This document shows positions 8,078 to 17,277 of a stretch of 22,512 bases of DNA, piece by piece (position 1 is the stretch's first letter; each line of letters opens with the position of its first letter). Under the pieces are notes generated by a model, which worked only from the letters and a program-made list of their open reading frames with translations, made no database searches and was not told the DNA's origin. Location of the stretch: contig CAZMRY010000021.1 of the NCBI GenBank assembly GCA_964568815.1, positions 1 through 22,512 on the forward strand, in the 5' to 3' direction. The DNA is from an uncultured Eubacteriales bacterium (GTDB lineage: Bacteria; Bacillota; Clostridia; RGIG6154). Made by a program: the position numbers and the translations under genes.

Positions 8078-8106
8078 ATTTTAACACAGCAAAAACTGTA
8101 TGTCAA
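8078..8106 (-). promoter_or_regulatory. Sigma-A promoter (extended -10) for the NTPase-oxidoreductase-ilvE operon
   Basis: The minus strand reads TTGACA (8106..8101), a 17-nt spacer, then TGT-TAAAAT (-10 at 8083..8078). This lies about 20 nt upstream of the ATG at 8058. Confidence 0.7.
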
Positions 8107-8139
8107 GCAATCAACGACTATATACGACACAAAAATTTG

Positions 8140-8889
8140 TCATTTTTCTGTTAAGTTTTTAACTTTATCAAAGTCAAAGCACAAAGTTTCTTTGCTGTGA
8201 CTGTCACTTGAGAAAATAAGCTTAACATTTTTACTTTTGAAAAATTCAACAAGAAAATCATCAGGGTACTGTCTTGTTCTGTAGCCTCTGTGAACTGCTC
8301 CTGTATTTATTTCTACATATTTTCCGCTTTCAACAATTGCTTCCGCTGCATCAAGAGCAATTGCTTTATACTCATCTGAGTTCTCATCAAAAAACTTATT
8401 GCCTTCGTTAAATTTACATACAAGGTCAAAATGCCCTACTATATCACATTTAGTTTTTCTGACAACATCTTTAACAAGGCTGTAATAATCCTTAACATAT
8501 TCTAAGTAGTTTCCATCATAGTGCTTTTCAACATTTTGTTTTAGAGTAATCTCACTATGATCTACAGATAAATATTCTCCGTTTTTATAGATACTGTGGA
8601 CAGAGCCTATTACATAATCGTATTCATATTCTGTTTCGGTAGAATAATAATCCCTTTCAATTCCAAGATAAACTTTTATTTTACTCGATTTTTTCAGCTT
8701 GTTAATATCATCAATATACTTTTGAGTATCTTCAATGCTCATGCAGAAATCTTCCTGCATCGGAGCATATTCGTGTCCGGATATACCTATTATATCCAAC
8801 CCTTTTTCTTCGGCAGCTTCAACCATTTCAAATACTGAATTTTTGCCGTCACAGTATGTTGTATGGGTATGTAAATCATACTTAATCAT
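8140..8889 (-). CDS. hisK: Histidinol-phosphatase, PHP (HisJ/HisK) family
   Basis: 249 aa. The N-terminus [16 protein letters not shown] is the PHP metal-binding motif, and ...GSVH..., ...GHFD... and ...SSDSH are consistent with the family. The ATG overlaps the hisIE stop (ATGA). Confidence 0.88.
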   Translation of the reverse strand: MIKYDLHTHTTYCDGKNSVFEMVEAAEEKGLDIIGISGHEYAPMQEDFCMSIEDTQKYIDDINKLKKSSKIKVYLGIERDYYSTETEYEYDYVIGSVHSIYKNGEYLSVDHSEITLKQNVEKHYDGNYLEYVKDYYSLVKDVVRKTKCDIVGHFDLVCKFNEGNKFFDENSDEYKAIALDAAEAIVESGKYVEINTGAVHRGYRTRQYPDDFLVEFFKSKNVKLIFSSDSHSKETLCFDFDKVKNLTEK

Positions 8890-9533
8890 TTGGTCATTTT
8901 CTCCTGTTTAACCTTATGGTCAATTACATTTCTTGAAGCAAGCTCTTTTATAATATCTTCAACACTAATTCCCATTTCAATCATAAGTACAAGGTTATGA
9001 TACACAAGGTCAGAAATTTCATATATTGTTTCAGCCTTGTCATTGTTTTTAGCTGCTACAATTACTTCTGTAGATTCCTCTCCTACTTTTTTCAGAATTT
9101 TATCCATACCCTTCTGGAAAAGATATGTTGTATATGAACCTTCAGGCATTTTAGCTTTTCTTTCTTTAAGCATATTGGCAAGGTCGCCTATAGAAAAATC
9201 TGCATTTTCTTCTCCGTAAACAAGGTCATTAAAACATGAGTCTGCACCTGTATGACAAGCAGGTCCGTCTTTTTTCACTATAACATTCAAAGCATCTTTG
9301 TCGCAATCAGCTTTTATACTCACAATGTGCTGATAATTTCCTGATGTCTCTCCTTTTCTCCAAAGTTCATTTCTTGATCTTGACCAGAAACAGGTTTTAC
9401 CTTCTTTAATTGAAATCTCCAGACTTTCTTTATTCATATATGCTAATGTTAAAACTTTTTTTGTTTCAACATCTGTAACAATAGCAGGAATAAGTCCCTT
9501 ATCATCAAATTTAAGTTCATTAATATTTAACAT
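8886..9533 (-). CDS. hisI: Bifunctional phosphoribosyl-AMP cyclohydrolase / phosphoribosyl-ATP pyrophosphatase
   Basis: 215 aa. The HisI part is ...[21 protein letters not shown]...CDKDAL...GPACHTG..SCF. The HisE part is ...[24 protein letters not shown]. Confidence 0.93.
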   Translation of the reverse strand: MLNINELKFDDKGLIPAIVTDVETKKVLTLAYMNKESLEISIKEGKTCFWSRSRNELWRKGETSGNYQHIVSIKADCDKDALNVIVKKDGPACHTGADSCFNDLVYGEENADFSIGDLANMLKERKAKMPEGSYTTYLFQKGMDKILKKVGEESTEVIVAAKNNDKAETIYEISDLVYHNLVLMIEMGISVEDIIKELASRNVIDHKVKQEKMTK

Positions 9534-9541
9534 AAAATCAC

Positions 9542-10300
9542 CTATACTCTAACATTAATATTATTTTCTTTTAAAATCATCTTCAAATCACTGATTTTCA
9601 CTTCTCCAAAATGAAAAATTGATGCTGCAAGACCTGCATCTATATCAGGAATCTCTTTAAAAAGAGTAATGAAATCATCAGCAGAGCCTGCACCTCCTGA
9701 AGCTATAACAGGTACATTAACAGCATCATTTACAATTTTTAATAGTTCAATATCAAAGCCTTTTTTTACACCATCTGTATCAATACTGTTAACAACTATT
9801 TCGCCTGCTCCATTTTTTTCGCCATTTTTAATCCATTCAATAGCTTCAATGCCGGTGTTCTCTCTTCCGCCTTTTGCAAATACACAGAATTTTCCATCTA
9901 CTCTCTTAACATCAACAGATAAAACAACACATTGATTTCCATATTTCTGGGCAGCAGCAGAAATAATATCAGGATTTTTAATAGCACCTGAATTGACAGA
10001 AACCTTATCTGCACCGCATTTAAGAACTCTGTCAAAATCTTCAAGGGTGTTTATCCCTCCACCTACTGTCAGGGGAATAAAAATGTTTTTTGCCGCTTCT
10101 TTCAGTATATCTGTAAAGATTGTTCTACCATCACTTGATGCAGTAATATCATAAAAAACAAGCTCGTCCGCACCGCATCGGCTGTAATAGTCAGCAAGCT
10201 TAACAGGAGAATCAACGTCAGAAAGTCCTTCAAAGTTAACTCCCTTAACAACTCTCCCATCTCTTACATCAAGACAAGGTATTATTCTTTTTGTTATCAT
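9542..10300 (-). CDS. hisF: Imidazole glycerol phosphate synthase, cyclase subunit
   Basis: 252 aa: [23 protein letters not shown]...LTVGGGI...SIDTDG. Confidence 0.95.
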   Translation of the reverse strand: MITKRIIPCLDVRDGRVVKGVNFEGLSDVDSPVKLADYYSRCGADELVFYDITASSDGRTIFTDILKEAAKNIFIPLTVGGGINTLEDFDRVLKCGADKVSVNSGAIKNPDIISAAAQKYGNQCVVLSVDVKRVDGKFCVFAKGGRENTGIEAIEWIKNGEKNGAGEIVVNSIDTDGVKKGFDIELLKIVNDAVNVPVIASGGAGSADDFITLFKEIPDIDAGLAASIFHFGEVKISDLKMILKENNINVRV

Positions 10301-11010
10301 TTTGCCACCTCAATCGCTTCTTTAAGGTCTATTTTATTCAGATAAAGTGCTTTACCAAGAATTGCACCATAAACACCAATTTTGGTGAGAGCTTTTACAT
10401 TATCTAAATCAGATACACCGCCTGATGCCACAATTTTAATCTTGTATTTTTCTGACAGTTCTTTATAAAGTTCAAGATTAGTCCCTTCCATAGCACCATC
10501 TTTTGAAATATCAGTGCAAATTATTGTATCTACACCTTTATTTTCAAGCTTAGAAAATAACTCATCACAGGTTACCTTTGAAATTTCCGTCCATCCCTTT
10601 ACGGCTACATATCCGTCAGAAATATCAACACCAACCGCTATACGGTTGCCATATTTCTCTATCATTTCATATGTGAATTCAGGGTTCGTTACAGCCACAG
10701 TTCCTAAAATCACACGATATGCACCTGCATCAATATACTTCTTAATTACTTCTTCTGTTCGTATTCCGCCACCAATTTCAACATTAAGAGATGTGTTTTC
10801 TATAATTGCCTTAACAATTTCAAAATTAGTTGTTTCTCCGTCTTTTGCTCCGTCTAAATCAACAACATGAAGAAATTCAGCACCTGATTTTTCAAATTCT
10901 TTTGCTACCTCTACAGGATTATCATTGAAAACTGTAACCTGATTATAATCACCTCTTAATAATCTGACAGCTTTTTTATCTTTTAAATCAATTGCAGGAA
11001 AAATTTTCAA
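10297..11010 (-). CDS. hisA: ProFAR isomerase
   Basis: 237 aa: (M)KIFPAIDLKDKKAVRLLRGDY...VVDLDGA. The start is a TTG at 11010 with an AAGGAG SD 7 nt upstream. The stop overlaps the hisF start (ATGA). Confidence 0.93.
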   Translation of the reverse strand: MKIFPAIDLKDKKAVRLLRGDYNQVTVFNDNPVEVAKEFEKSGAEFLHVVDLDGAKDGETTNFEIVKAIIENTSLNVEIGGGIRTEEVIKKYIDAGAYRVILGTVAVTNPEFTYEMIEKYGNRIAVGVDISDGYVAVKGWTEISKVTCDELFSKLENKGVDTIICTDISKDGAMEGTNLELYKELSEKYKIKIVASGGVSDLDNVKALTKIGVYGAILGKALYLNKIDLKEAIEVAK

Positions 11011-11021
11011 AGTCTCACTCC

Positions 11022-11633
11022 TTAAATCTCACAAAATGCTTTAAGTATTTTAAGCCCTGTTTCACCGCTTTTTTCAGGATGGAACTGAACTCCGTATATG
11101 TTTTTGTCAGCTACAGCTGCTGTAAGCTCTATTCCATATTCTGTAGTTGCGACAACATATTCGTTACAGTCTGAGCCATAATATGAATGAACGAAATATA
11201 CACAGTCATTTTCATTAAGATATTTGAATATTTCGTTTTTATTTTCATTAAAATGTAAACTATTCCATCCAATATGTGGAATTTTATAGTTTTCAGGAAT
11301 CTTTGGCTTAATAGGAATAATATTTCCTTTTATAAGACCTAGTCCTTCATATTCACCATATTCAAAGCTTTTTTCAAATAAAAGCTGCATACCAAGACAG
11401 ATTCCAAGTAACGGTTTTCCGTTTTTAGCTTCTTCAATTATTAAATCAAACAAACCGCTATTTTTAAGTTTTTGTGCAGCATCTTTAAAAGCACCTACTC
11501 CTGGTAATATCAGCTTATCTGCTTTTTTAATCACATCTTTATCAGATGTAAGACAAACATCTGCACCTATTCTCTCAAAAGAGCTGTACAGAGAAAATAT
11601 ATTCCCCACTCCGTAATCAATAATTGCTATCAT
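11022..11633 (-). CDS. hisH: Imidazole glycerol phosphate synthase, glutamine amidotransferase subunit
   Basis: 203 aa: MIAIIDYGVGNIFS...LPGVGAF...GICLGMQLL...VQFHPEKS. Confidence 0.95.
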   Translation of the reverse strand: MIAIIDYGVGNIFSLYSSFERIGADVCLTSDKDVIKKADKLILPGVGAFKDAAQKLKNSGLFDLIIEEAKNGKPLLGICLGMQLLFEKSFEYGEYEGLGLIKGNIIPIKPKIPENYKIPHIGWNSLHFNENKNEIFKYLNENDCVYFVHSYYGSDCNEYVVATTEYGIELTAAVADKNIYGVQFHPEKSGETGLKILKAFCEI

Positions 11634-12220
11634 TAAAGTACTCCTTTGGTTGAAGGTATTTCATTCTTATATTTTTCATTTATACTTACTGCTTTAGACA
11701 AAACTCTTGCAACAGCTTTGAAAACGCCTTCAGCTATATGATGCGAATTTCTGCCCGAAACTTTCTTAATATGTAAAGTAATATTTGAATTTCTTACAAA
11801 GGCAAAGAAAAACTCTTCAACAAGTTCACTGTCAAAATCACCGATTTTTTCAGTAGGGATATCTACATCATATTCAAGATGAGCTCGTCCTGAAATATCA
11901 ACAGCACAAAGCACCAAAGCTTCATCCATAGGAAGAATAATATCGCCATATCTTTCGATACCCTTCATATCTGCAAGTGCTTCAGCAAATGCCTTTCCAA
12001 GACATATTCCAATATCTTCTGCAGAATGGTGATAATCAACTTCAACATCACCATTGCAGGAAATGTTAAGATCAAATCTACCATGCTTAGCAAAAAGAGT
12101 GAACATATGATCTAAAAATCCACATCCTGTACTGATTTCACTTTTACCATCTCCGTCAAGATTCAATTCAAGCATAATATCTGTTTCTGCAGTTTTTCTG
12201 TTTAATTTAGCAGTTCTCAT
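11633..12220 (-). CDS. hisB: Imidazoleglycerol-phosphate dehydratase
   Basis: ...RKTAETDI...GCGFLDHMF...DYHHSAEDIGI...SHHIAEGVFKA. The track start at 12241 is a TTG inside hisC. The ATG at 12220 has an AAAGGAG SD 7 nt upstream and sits 1 nt after the hisC stop. Confidence 0.92.
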   Translation of the reverse strand: MRTAKLNRKTAETDIMLELNLDGDGKSEISTGCGFLDHMFTLFAKHGRFDLNISCNGDVEVDYHHSAEDIGICLGKAFAEALADMKGIERYGDIILPMDEALVLCAVDISGRAHLEYDVDIPTEKIGDFDSELVEEFFFAFVRNSNITLHIKKVSGRNSHHIAEGVFKAVARVLSKAVSINEKYKNEIPSTKGVL

Positions 12221-12221
12221 A

Positions 12222-13286
12222 TCATTCTCCTTTAACAACAAGTTTTACAACATTTATAAATTCTTTCATTTCTTCTTCAGAACCAATAGTTATTCTGTTA
12301 AAATCTTTTATTCTTTCTTTAGTAAAATGCCTTACGAGAATTCCTTTATCTTTAAGTTTTTCATATATATACTGCCCATCATAATCAGGGTGTTTGGCAA
12401 AAAGGAAGTTAGCTTTTGAATCTAAAACATCAAATCCAAGCTCTTCAAGACTGTTCTTTACAAATTCTCTTGTTTCAATAATTCTCTTGCAGTTATCTTC
12501 ATAGTACTTTGAGCTCTCTATAGCTGAGATTCCCGCAATCTGTGTCAATCTGTTTATGTTGTATGGATTTGTAGAATATTTTATCATCTCAAGGTCGCTG
12601 ATAATTTCCTTATTTCCTACAGCAAACCCAAGTCTTGCACCTGCTAATGAATATGATTTAGAAAACGTTCTGACAACAAGAAGATTATCATATTTCTTTG
12701 TAAGATTTATTGCAGATTGTCCACCAAAGTCAACATAAGCTTCATCAATTACAACTATATAATCTTTATTTGTTTTAATGATGTTTTCAATCTCATCAAG
12801 TGAAATTGTTTTTCCAGTAGGTGCGTTTGGATTTGCGATAACTACATTTGCACCTGCATCCATATAATCATTCGCATTTACAGAAAAATCAGCAGTAAGT
12901 GGAATTTCTTTATAATCTATACCGTAAAGCTGTGCAAAAACATTATAAAAGCCATATGTAATATCTGGGAAAACAACTTTTTTGTCATTATCACAAAATG
13001 ACATAAAGAAAAAGTTTAAACATTCATCTGAGCCATTTCCAACATACACATTTTCAGGTAAAACATCAAACTTTTCTGCAATTTTTTCTTTAAGGACTTT
13101 ACAGGTTGGATCAGAATAAAGTTTTAAATTTTCTACCTCACATCTGTTTATTGAATTAACAGTATGCTCAGATGGCGGATATGGAGACTCATTAGTATTA
13201 AGTTTTATATACTTTTTATCTCTAGGTTGTTCACCTGGCACATATGCCTCAAGTTTTTTTAGCCTTTTGATTAAAAACTTACTCAT
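12222..13286 (-). CDS. hisC: Histidinol-phosphate aminotransferase
   Basis: 354 aa class-II aminotransferase: ...IKLNTNESPYPPS...NPNAPTG...TFSKSYSLAGARLGF. The ATG overlaps the hisD stop (ATGA). Confidence 0.93.
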   Translation of the reverse strand: MSKFLIKRLKKLEAYVPGEQPRDKKYIKLNTNESPYPPSEHTVNSINRCEVENLKLYSDPTCKVLKEKIAEKFDVLPENVYVGNGSDECLNFFFMSFCDNDKKVVFPDITYGFYNVFAQLYGIDYKEIPLTADFSVNANDYMDAGANVVIANPNAPTGKTISLDEIENIIKTNKDYIVVIDEAYVDFGGQSAINLTKKYDNLLVVRTFSKSYSLAGARLGFAVGNKEIISDLEMIKYSTNPYNINRLTQIAGISAIESSKYYEDNCKRIIETREFVKNSLEELGFDVLDSKANFLFAKHPDYDGQYIYEKLKDKGILVRHFTKERIKDFNRITIGSEEEMKEFINVVKLVVKGE

Positions 13287-14563
13287 TTTTCTTCCTCAAA
13301 TCTAATAGTTGCAGACTTTCCGTGTGCGTGGAGTCCTTCTTTTTCTGCAAAATATGCTATTTTTTCATTTACTTTTTTTAGTGCATCCTCTGTATAATAG
13401 CTGAAAGCTGTTTTTTTAATAAAATCATCTACTGATAATGGGCTTGAAAATCTTGCAGTACCATTAGTTGGTAATGTGTGGTTCGGACCTGCAAAATAGT
13501 CACCAAGTGCCTCAGGACAATTTTTACCAAGAAATACAGAGCCTGCATTCTTAACATATGATAAATACTTAAATGGTTCTTCTACACATATTTCAAGATG
13601 TTCAGGTGCAATTTCATTAGAAACCTCAATTGCTTTAATAAAATCATCTGTAATAATAATTTTACCGTTATTATCAATAGATGCCCTTGCGATTTCTTCT
13701 CTTGGAAGCAACGGTATCTGTTTCTCAAGCTCCTCCTGAACCTCTTTTGCAAGCTTTTCACTGTTTGTAACAAGTATAGCAGACGCCATTTTATCGTGTT
13801 CAGCCTGAGAAAGTAAGTCCGCAGCAACAAATTTGGGATTACAACTATCATCTGCAAGGACAAGTATTTCACTTGGACCTGCAATCATATCAATGTTAAC
13901 AACACCGAATACCTGTTTTTTCGCCTCTGCAACAAAAGCATTACCAGGTCCGACAATTTTATCAACTTTTGCAACAGTTTCAGTACCGTATGCGAGAGCT
14001 GCTACTGCCTGAGCGCCGCCAATTTTGTAGACCTTGTCAACACCTGCAATTTTTGCTGCAGCAAGAATTACAGGATTAACCTTTCCGTCTTTAGCAGGCG
14101 GAGTTACCATATATATTTCAGGACATCCTGCAATTTTTGCAGGTATGCAGTTCATAAGAACCGAAGAAGGATATGCCGCTGTTCCGCCAGGTACATAAAG
14201 CCCAACTCTCTCTATTGGAGTAATTTTCTGTCCAAGTATAACTCCCTCTTTATCATTGATAACAAAATCATTTCTAACCTGATGTTTATGATATGCAGTT
14301 ATATTTTCTTTTGCTTCATTTAATATTTCTATGTATTTTGCATCAACAGAAGAAAAAGCTTCTTCTATTTCCGCATCTGTCACCTGTAAAGCATCTAGCT
14401 TTACACCGTCAAATTTTTCACAATATTCGTATAAAGCCTTATCACCATTTTTACGAACATTAGCAATAATATCTGTAACAATATCAGAAACATTATTAAC
14501 TGCTTCACATCTGCTGATTATCTGCTCAGGTGTCATATCCTTTGCATTATAAATCTTTATCAT
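13283..14563 (-). CDS. hisD: Histidinol dehydrogenase
   Basis: 426 aa: ...VPGGTAAYPSSVLM...GPGNAFV..AK...AGPSE...QAEHD...APEHLE. The ATG overlaps the hisG stop. Confidence 0.95.
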   Translation of the reverse strand: MIKIYNAKDMTPEQIISRCEAVNNVSDIVTDIIANVRKNGDKALYEYCEKFDGVKLDALQVTDAEIEEAFSSVDAKYIEILNEAKENITAYHKHQVRNDFVINDKEGVILGQKITPIERVGLYVPGGTAAYPSSVLMNCIPAKIAGCPEIYMVTPPAKDGKVNPVILAAAKIAGVDKVYKIGGAQAVAALAYGTETVAKVDKIVGPGNAFVAEAKKQVFGVVNIDMIAGPSEILVLADDSCNPKFVAADLLSQAEHDKMASAILVTNSEKLAKEVQEELEKQIPLLPREEIARASIDNNGKIIITDDFIKAIEVSNEIAPEHLEICVEEPFKYLSYVKNAGSVFLGKNCPEALGDYFAGPNHTLPTNGTARFSSPLSVDDFIKKTAFSYYTEDALKKVNEKIAYFAEKEGLHAHGKSATIRFEEEK

Positions 14564-15180
14564 TTTAGTTCTCCCTGTAAATTATTCTGCATTTTTAGTA
14601 TTTCATCGTATTTAAATTTGTAACTTGATTTATTAGCAATAAATCTTGCACTTATATCAACAATATCGCATAATACATCAAGATTATTTTCCTTTAAAGT
14701 TGTTCCTGTTTCAACTATATCGACTATTACATCAGACAACCCTAAAATTGGTGCAAGTTCTATTGAACCGTTAAGCTTAATAATATCTATCTCTCTGCTT
14801 TGAGAATCATAATATTTTTTTGCTATATTTTCAAATTTTGTGGCAACCTTTAAAGGTCTTTCCAAAGAATCTCTGAACCCTTTTTTACCTGCAACCGCAA
14901 CTCTGCATTTTCCTATATTCAAATCAAGAAGCTCATAAACATCGGGTTCATATTCAAGTAAAATATCTTTGCCTACTATGCCTACATCCGCCGCACCTCT
15001 TTCAACATAGATAGCAACATCTGATGGCTTAACCCAGAAATATCTTACACCGTTTTCTTCACTTTCAAATATCAGCTTTCTGTTATCTTCAAGAATTTCA
15101 GGACAGCTGTATCCGTTTTTATCAAGTATCTCATATACCTTTTTGCCAAGTCTTCCTTTAGGAAGCGCAACATTAATCAT
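14560..15180 (-). CDS. hisG: ATP phosphoribosyltransferase, short (HisZ-dependent) form
   Basis: MINVALPKGRLGKK...GAADVGIVGKD...ETGTTLKEN. The track start at 15198 is a TTG. I prefer the ATG at 15180, which gives the conserved N-terminus and overlaps the hisZ stop by 8 nt. The choice of start is not certain. Confidence 0.9.
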   Translation of the reverse strand: MINVALPKGRLGKKVYEILDKNGYSCPEILEDNRKLIFESEENGVRYFWVKPSDVAIYVERGAADVGIVGKDILLEYEPDVYELLDLNIGKCRVAVAGKKGFRDSLERPLKVATKFENIAKKYYDSQSREIDIIKLNGSIELAPILGLSDVIVDIVETGTTLKENNLDVLCDIVDISARFIANKSSYKFKYDEILKMQNNLQGELK

Positions 15181-16279
15181 TTTTTTCAATGATTTCAAGC
15201 CCCCTTTCAGTAAACTTTAAAAGCTGTTTATACTTAATATCTTTTGGTACAGACTGCTGAACTCGTACAGACTGACCATTCTGTGTGAACATCTGAATTG
15301 CTTTTAAAAGTGAAGGAACATCTGCATCTTCATAAATTATAACAATATCTGTGTCAAAGTCAACATTATTTGAGATATACGCATTAATTATATCAATATA
15401 TACAGCAAAACCAATAGCATCTAAATCCTTATCAAATTTTTTCAGGAGATTGTCATATCTGCCACCTGATAAAACGCTGTAAGGTACATTTTCTATATAA
15501 CCATTGAAAACAATTCCGTTATAGTAACTCATATCATTTACTACAGAAAAATCAAGATTAATATTACTGTCTTCATTCAGTGCTTTAAACGTGTTATAAA
15601 GCTCTTTAAGTTCATCAATAGCATTTTTTGTTTTGTCATTACAAATTAGTTCTTCTGCAACAGATAAAACATCATTAAATTTACCTCCAAGAGCAGTAAG
15701 TCTTTTAATTCTCTCAGAATATTCATTACTACATGATGCTTCATTACAAATTTTATCTATTTCACAGACATTTTTCTCTCCTATGCACTTTAAAAGCTTT
15801 TCTCTGGTTACATAGCCGACATTTTCACTTTCAAGAACACCAAGAATGAAGCCCATATGAGAAATTTCAAGAATATATTTTTCGCTTATAGCCTCAAGAC
15901 TTTTCTTAGCAAGAAAAGCTACTTCATACAAAGAATATAAGTCAAGCTTTCCTATAAATTCAAGACCAACCTGCATAATTTCTTTGAATTCACGGTTTGA
16001 AGTTCTGTATACATTTTCATTATAATACACTTTGAGCACTTCATCATTGTTAATATTTGCATTTTTAACAATAGATAAAGTTACATCAGGCTTTAATGCA
16101 AGAAGTTTTCCGTTTAAGTCGTTAAAAGTAATAATATTTTCACTGCTTAGAAAACTTTTGTTTTCCTGATACAAATCATACTGTTCAAACTTTTTCATTT
16201 TATAATGTTTATATCCGAATTGCTCATAAATTTTACGTAAATCGAATATAATTTTTTCTTCTCTTTTTAAATTTTCCAA
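15173..16279 (-). CDS. hisZ: ATP phosphoribosyltransferase regulatory subunit (HisRS paralogue)
   Basis: About 368 aa, HisS-like catalytic-core paralogue without an anticodon domain, directly upstream of a short hisG. The track start (GTG at 16288) lies inside the SD-like GAGGTG. The TTG at 16279 is 6 nt downstream of that SD, so I prefer it. The start is uncertain by 3 codons. Confidence 0.85.
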   Translation of the reverse strand: MENLKREEKIIFDLRKIYEQFGYKHYKMKKFEQYDLYQENKSFLSSENIITFNDLNGKLLALKPDVTLSIVKNANINNDEVLKVYYNENVYRTSNREFKEIMQVGLEFIGKLDLYSLYEVAFLAKKSLEAISEKYILEISHMGFILGVLESENVGYVTREKLLKCIGEKNVCEIDKICNEASCSNEYSERIKRLTALGGKFNDVLSVAEELICNDKTKNAIDELKELYNTFKALNEDSNINLDFSVVNDMSYYNGIVFNGYIENVPYSVLSGGRYDNLLKKFDKDLDAIGFAVYIDIINAYISNNVDFDTDIVIIYEDADVPSLLKAIQMFTQNGQSVRVQQSVPKDIKYKQLLKFTERGLEIIEKND

Positions 16280-16304
16280 GTTATTCACCTCTTCAACTTC
16301 AAAC

Positions 16305-16333
16305 AGTATAACATATAGTCACAATTTAGTCAA
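16305..16333 (-). promoter_or_regulatory. Sigma-A promoter (extended -10) for the his operon
   Basis: The minus strand reads TTGACT (16333..16328), a 17-nt spacer, then TGT-TATACT (-10 at 16310..16305). Only about 20-25 nt separate the -10 from the hisZ start. Confidence 0.7.
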
Positions 16334-16350
16334 GTAAATTAATAAAGTGT

Positions 16351-17211
16351 TTATAAATCTTTTCCAGATAATTTGATTATAGATGATAATACTAACATCA
16401 TTCCTGAAAGAATAACAAAAGTAATTTCTTCATTAAAGAATATAGCACCGATAATTGTTGCAGTAATCGGCTCGACAAATGCAATAATTGATGCCTTTGT
16501 AGCTGAAATATTTTTTAGTCCTTCGGTATATAAAATATAAGGAAGAATAGTAGAAATCACAGAAAGTAAAAATATCCAGTACAAAACAGAAACATCCATA
16601 GATAAAACCACCAACTCACCTACATCACAAAATGCAAGTAAAGAAACAGACGATGTTATAAATGTATATAATGTGATTGTATAAGAATTATATTTCTTTA
16701 AAGCAATTCTTGCAAAAATACTGTAAAGTGCATATCCAAATCCTGCAAACAAGCCTAATGCTATGCCTTTCAAATTGAAATTACCGCTTAATCCACTTAT
16801 CATTGTGCAACCTAAAAATGCCAATACAAATGCTATGATTTTGTTTTTTGTAATTTTTTCTTTAAACACAATAGCTGACATAATCATTACAAAACAAGGT
16901 GCTGTATAAAGTAATACCGATGCTATAGATAATTCAAGAATATTTATTGCTGAAAAATAACAAATATTAAAGAAAGTAAGGCTAAAAACACCCGTACCTA
17001 TAAACATCCATATATCTCTAATCTCAATTTTAAATAAACTTTTGTCTTTAAAGAAAATAAAAATAATCATTATAATTGCTGAAAAAATACTTCTGATAGC
17101 AACAGTCTGAATTGGTGTTAATCCCACAGCTGTAAGTACTCTGGTGAAAACACCGATAACTCCCCACATAACCGCAGCCATCAATATAAATATAAATGAC
17201 ATCTTTTTCAT
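16351..17211 (-). CDS. EamA/DMT-superfamily transporter
   Basis: About 286 aa, roughly 10 hydrophobic segments with a duplicated EamA-like organisation. The track start at 17220 is a GTG inside the SD GAGGTG. The ATG at 17211 (MKKMSFIF...) lies 6 nt downstream of that SD. Confidence 0.82.
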   Translation of the reverse strand: MKKMSFIFILMAAVMWGVIGVFTRVLTAVGLTPIQTVAIRSIFSAIIMIIFIFFKDKSLFKIEIRDIWMFIGTGVFSLTFFNICYFSAINILELSIASVLLYTAPCFVMIMSAIVFKEKITKNKIIAFVLAFLGCTMISGLSGNFNLKGIALGLFAGFGYALYSIFARIALKKYNSYTITLYTFITSSVSLLAFCDVGELVVLSMDVSVLYWIFLLSVISTILPYILYTEGLKNISATKASIIAFVEPITATIIGAIFFNEEITFVILSGMMLVLSSIIKLSGKDL

Positions 17212-17230
17212 TACAAACACCTCAAATTCA

Positions 17231-17270
17231 AAACAAAATCAGGCCCGCAACAGCGGGACTGATTTTGTTT
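17231..17270 (-). terminator. Rho-independent terminator after oadA
   Basis: A GC-rich stem pairs CAGGCCCGC (17240-17248) with GCGGGACTG (17253-17261), with one mismatch and an AACA loop. The flanking A and T tracts extend the pairing. The minus transcript ends ...CCUGAUUUUGUUUUG. It begins 8 nt after the oadA stop. Confidence 0.88.
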
Positions 17271-17277
17271 ATATCTT

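Noticed and set aside
8059-8139. A possible terminator between the histidinol phosphatase gene and the NTPase gene.
   Set aside because: Only a 4-bp ACAG/CTGT pairing and no stable GC stem followed by a U-tract could be found. The segment is explained by the TTGACA-17-TAAAAT promoter.
13582-13884. A 100-aa same-strand, alternate-frame ORF inside hisD. Similar ones occur at 2533-2802 in the permease, 6428-6622 in the alpha subunit, 18042-18290 in oadA and 19354-19566 in oadB.
   Set aside because: All are embedded out of frame in well-supported genes. They have no SD-like sequence in front, their composition is skewed and low in complexity, and none shows a slippery site that would suggest programmed frameshifting.
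16289-16350. A search for a T-box riboswitch, a His-codon leader peptide or an attenuator upstream of hisZ.
   Set aside because: The intergenic space is only 62-71 nt, depending on which hisZ start is used, and the promoter fills most of it. No specifier or T-box sequence, and no run of His codons, is present.
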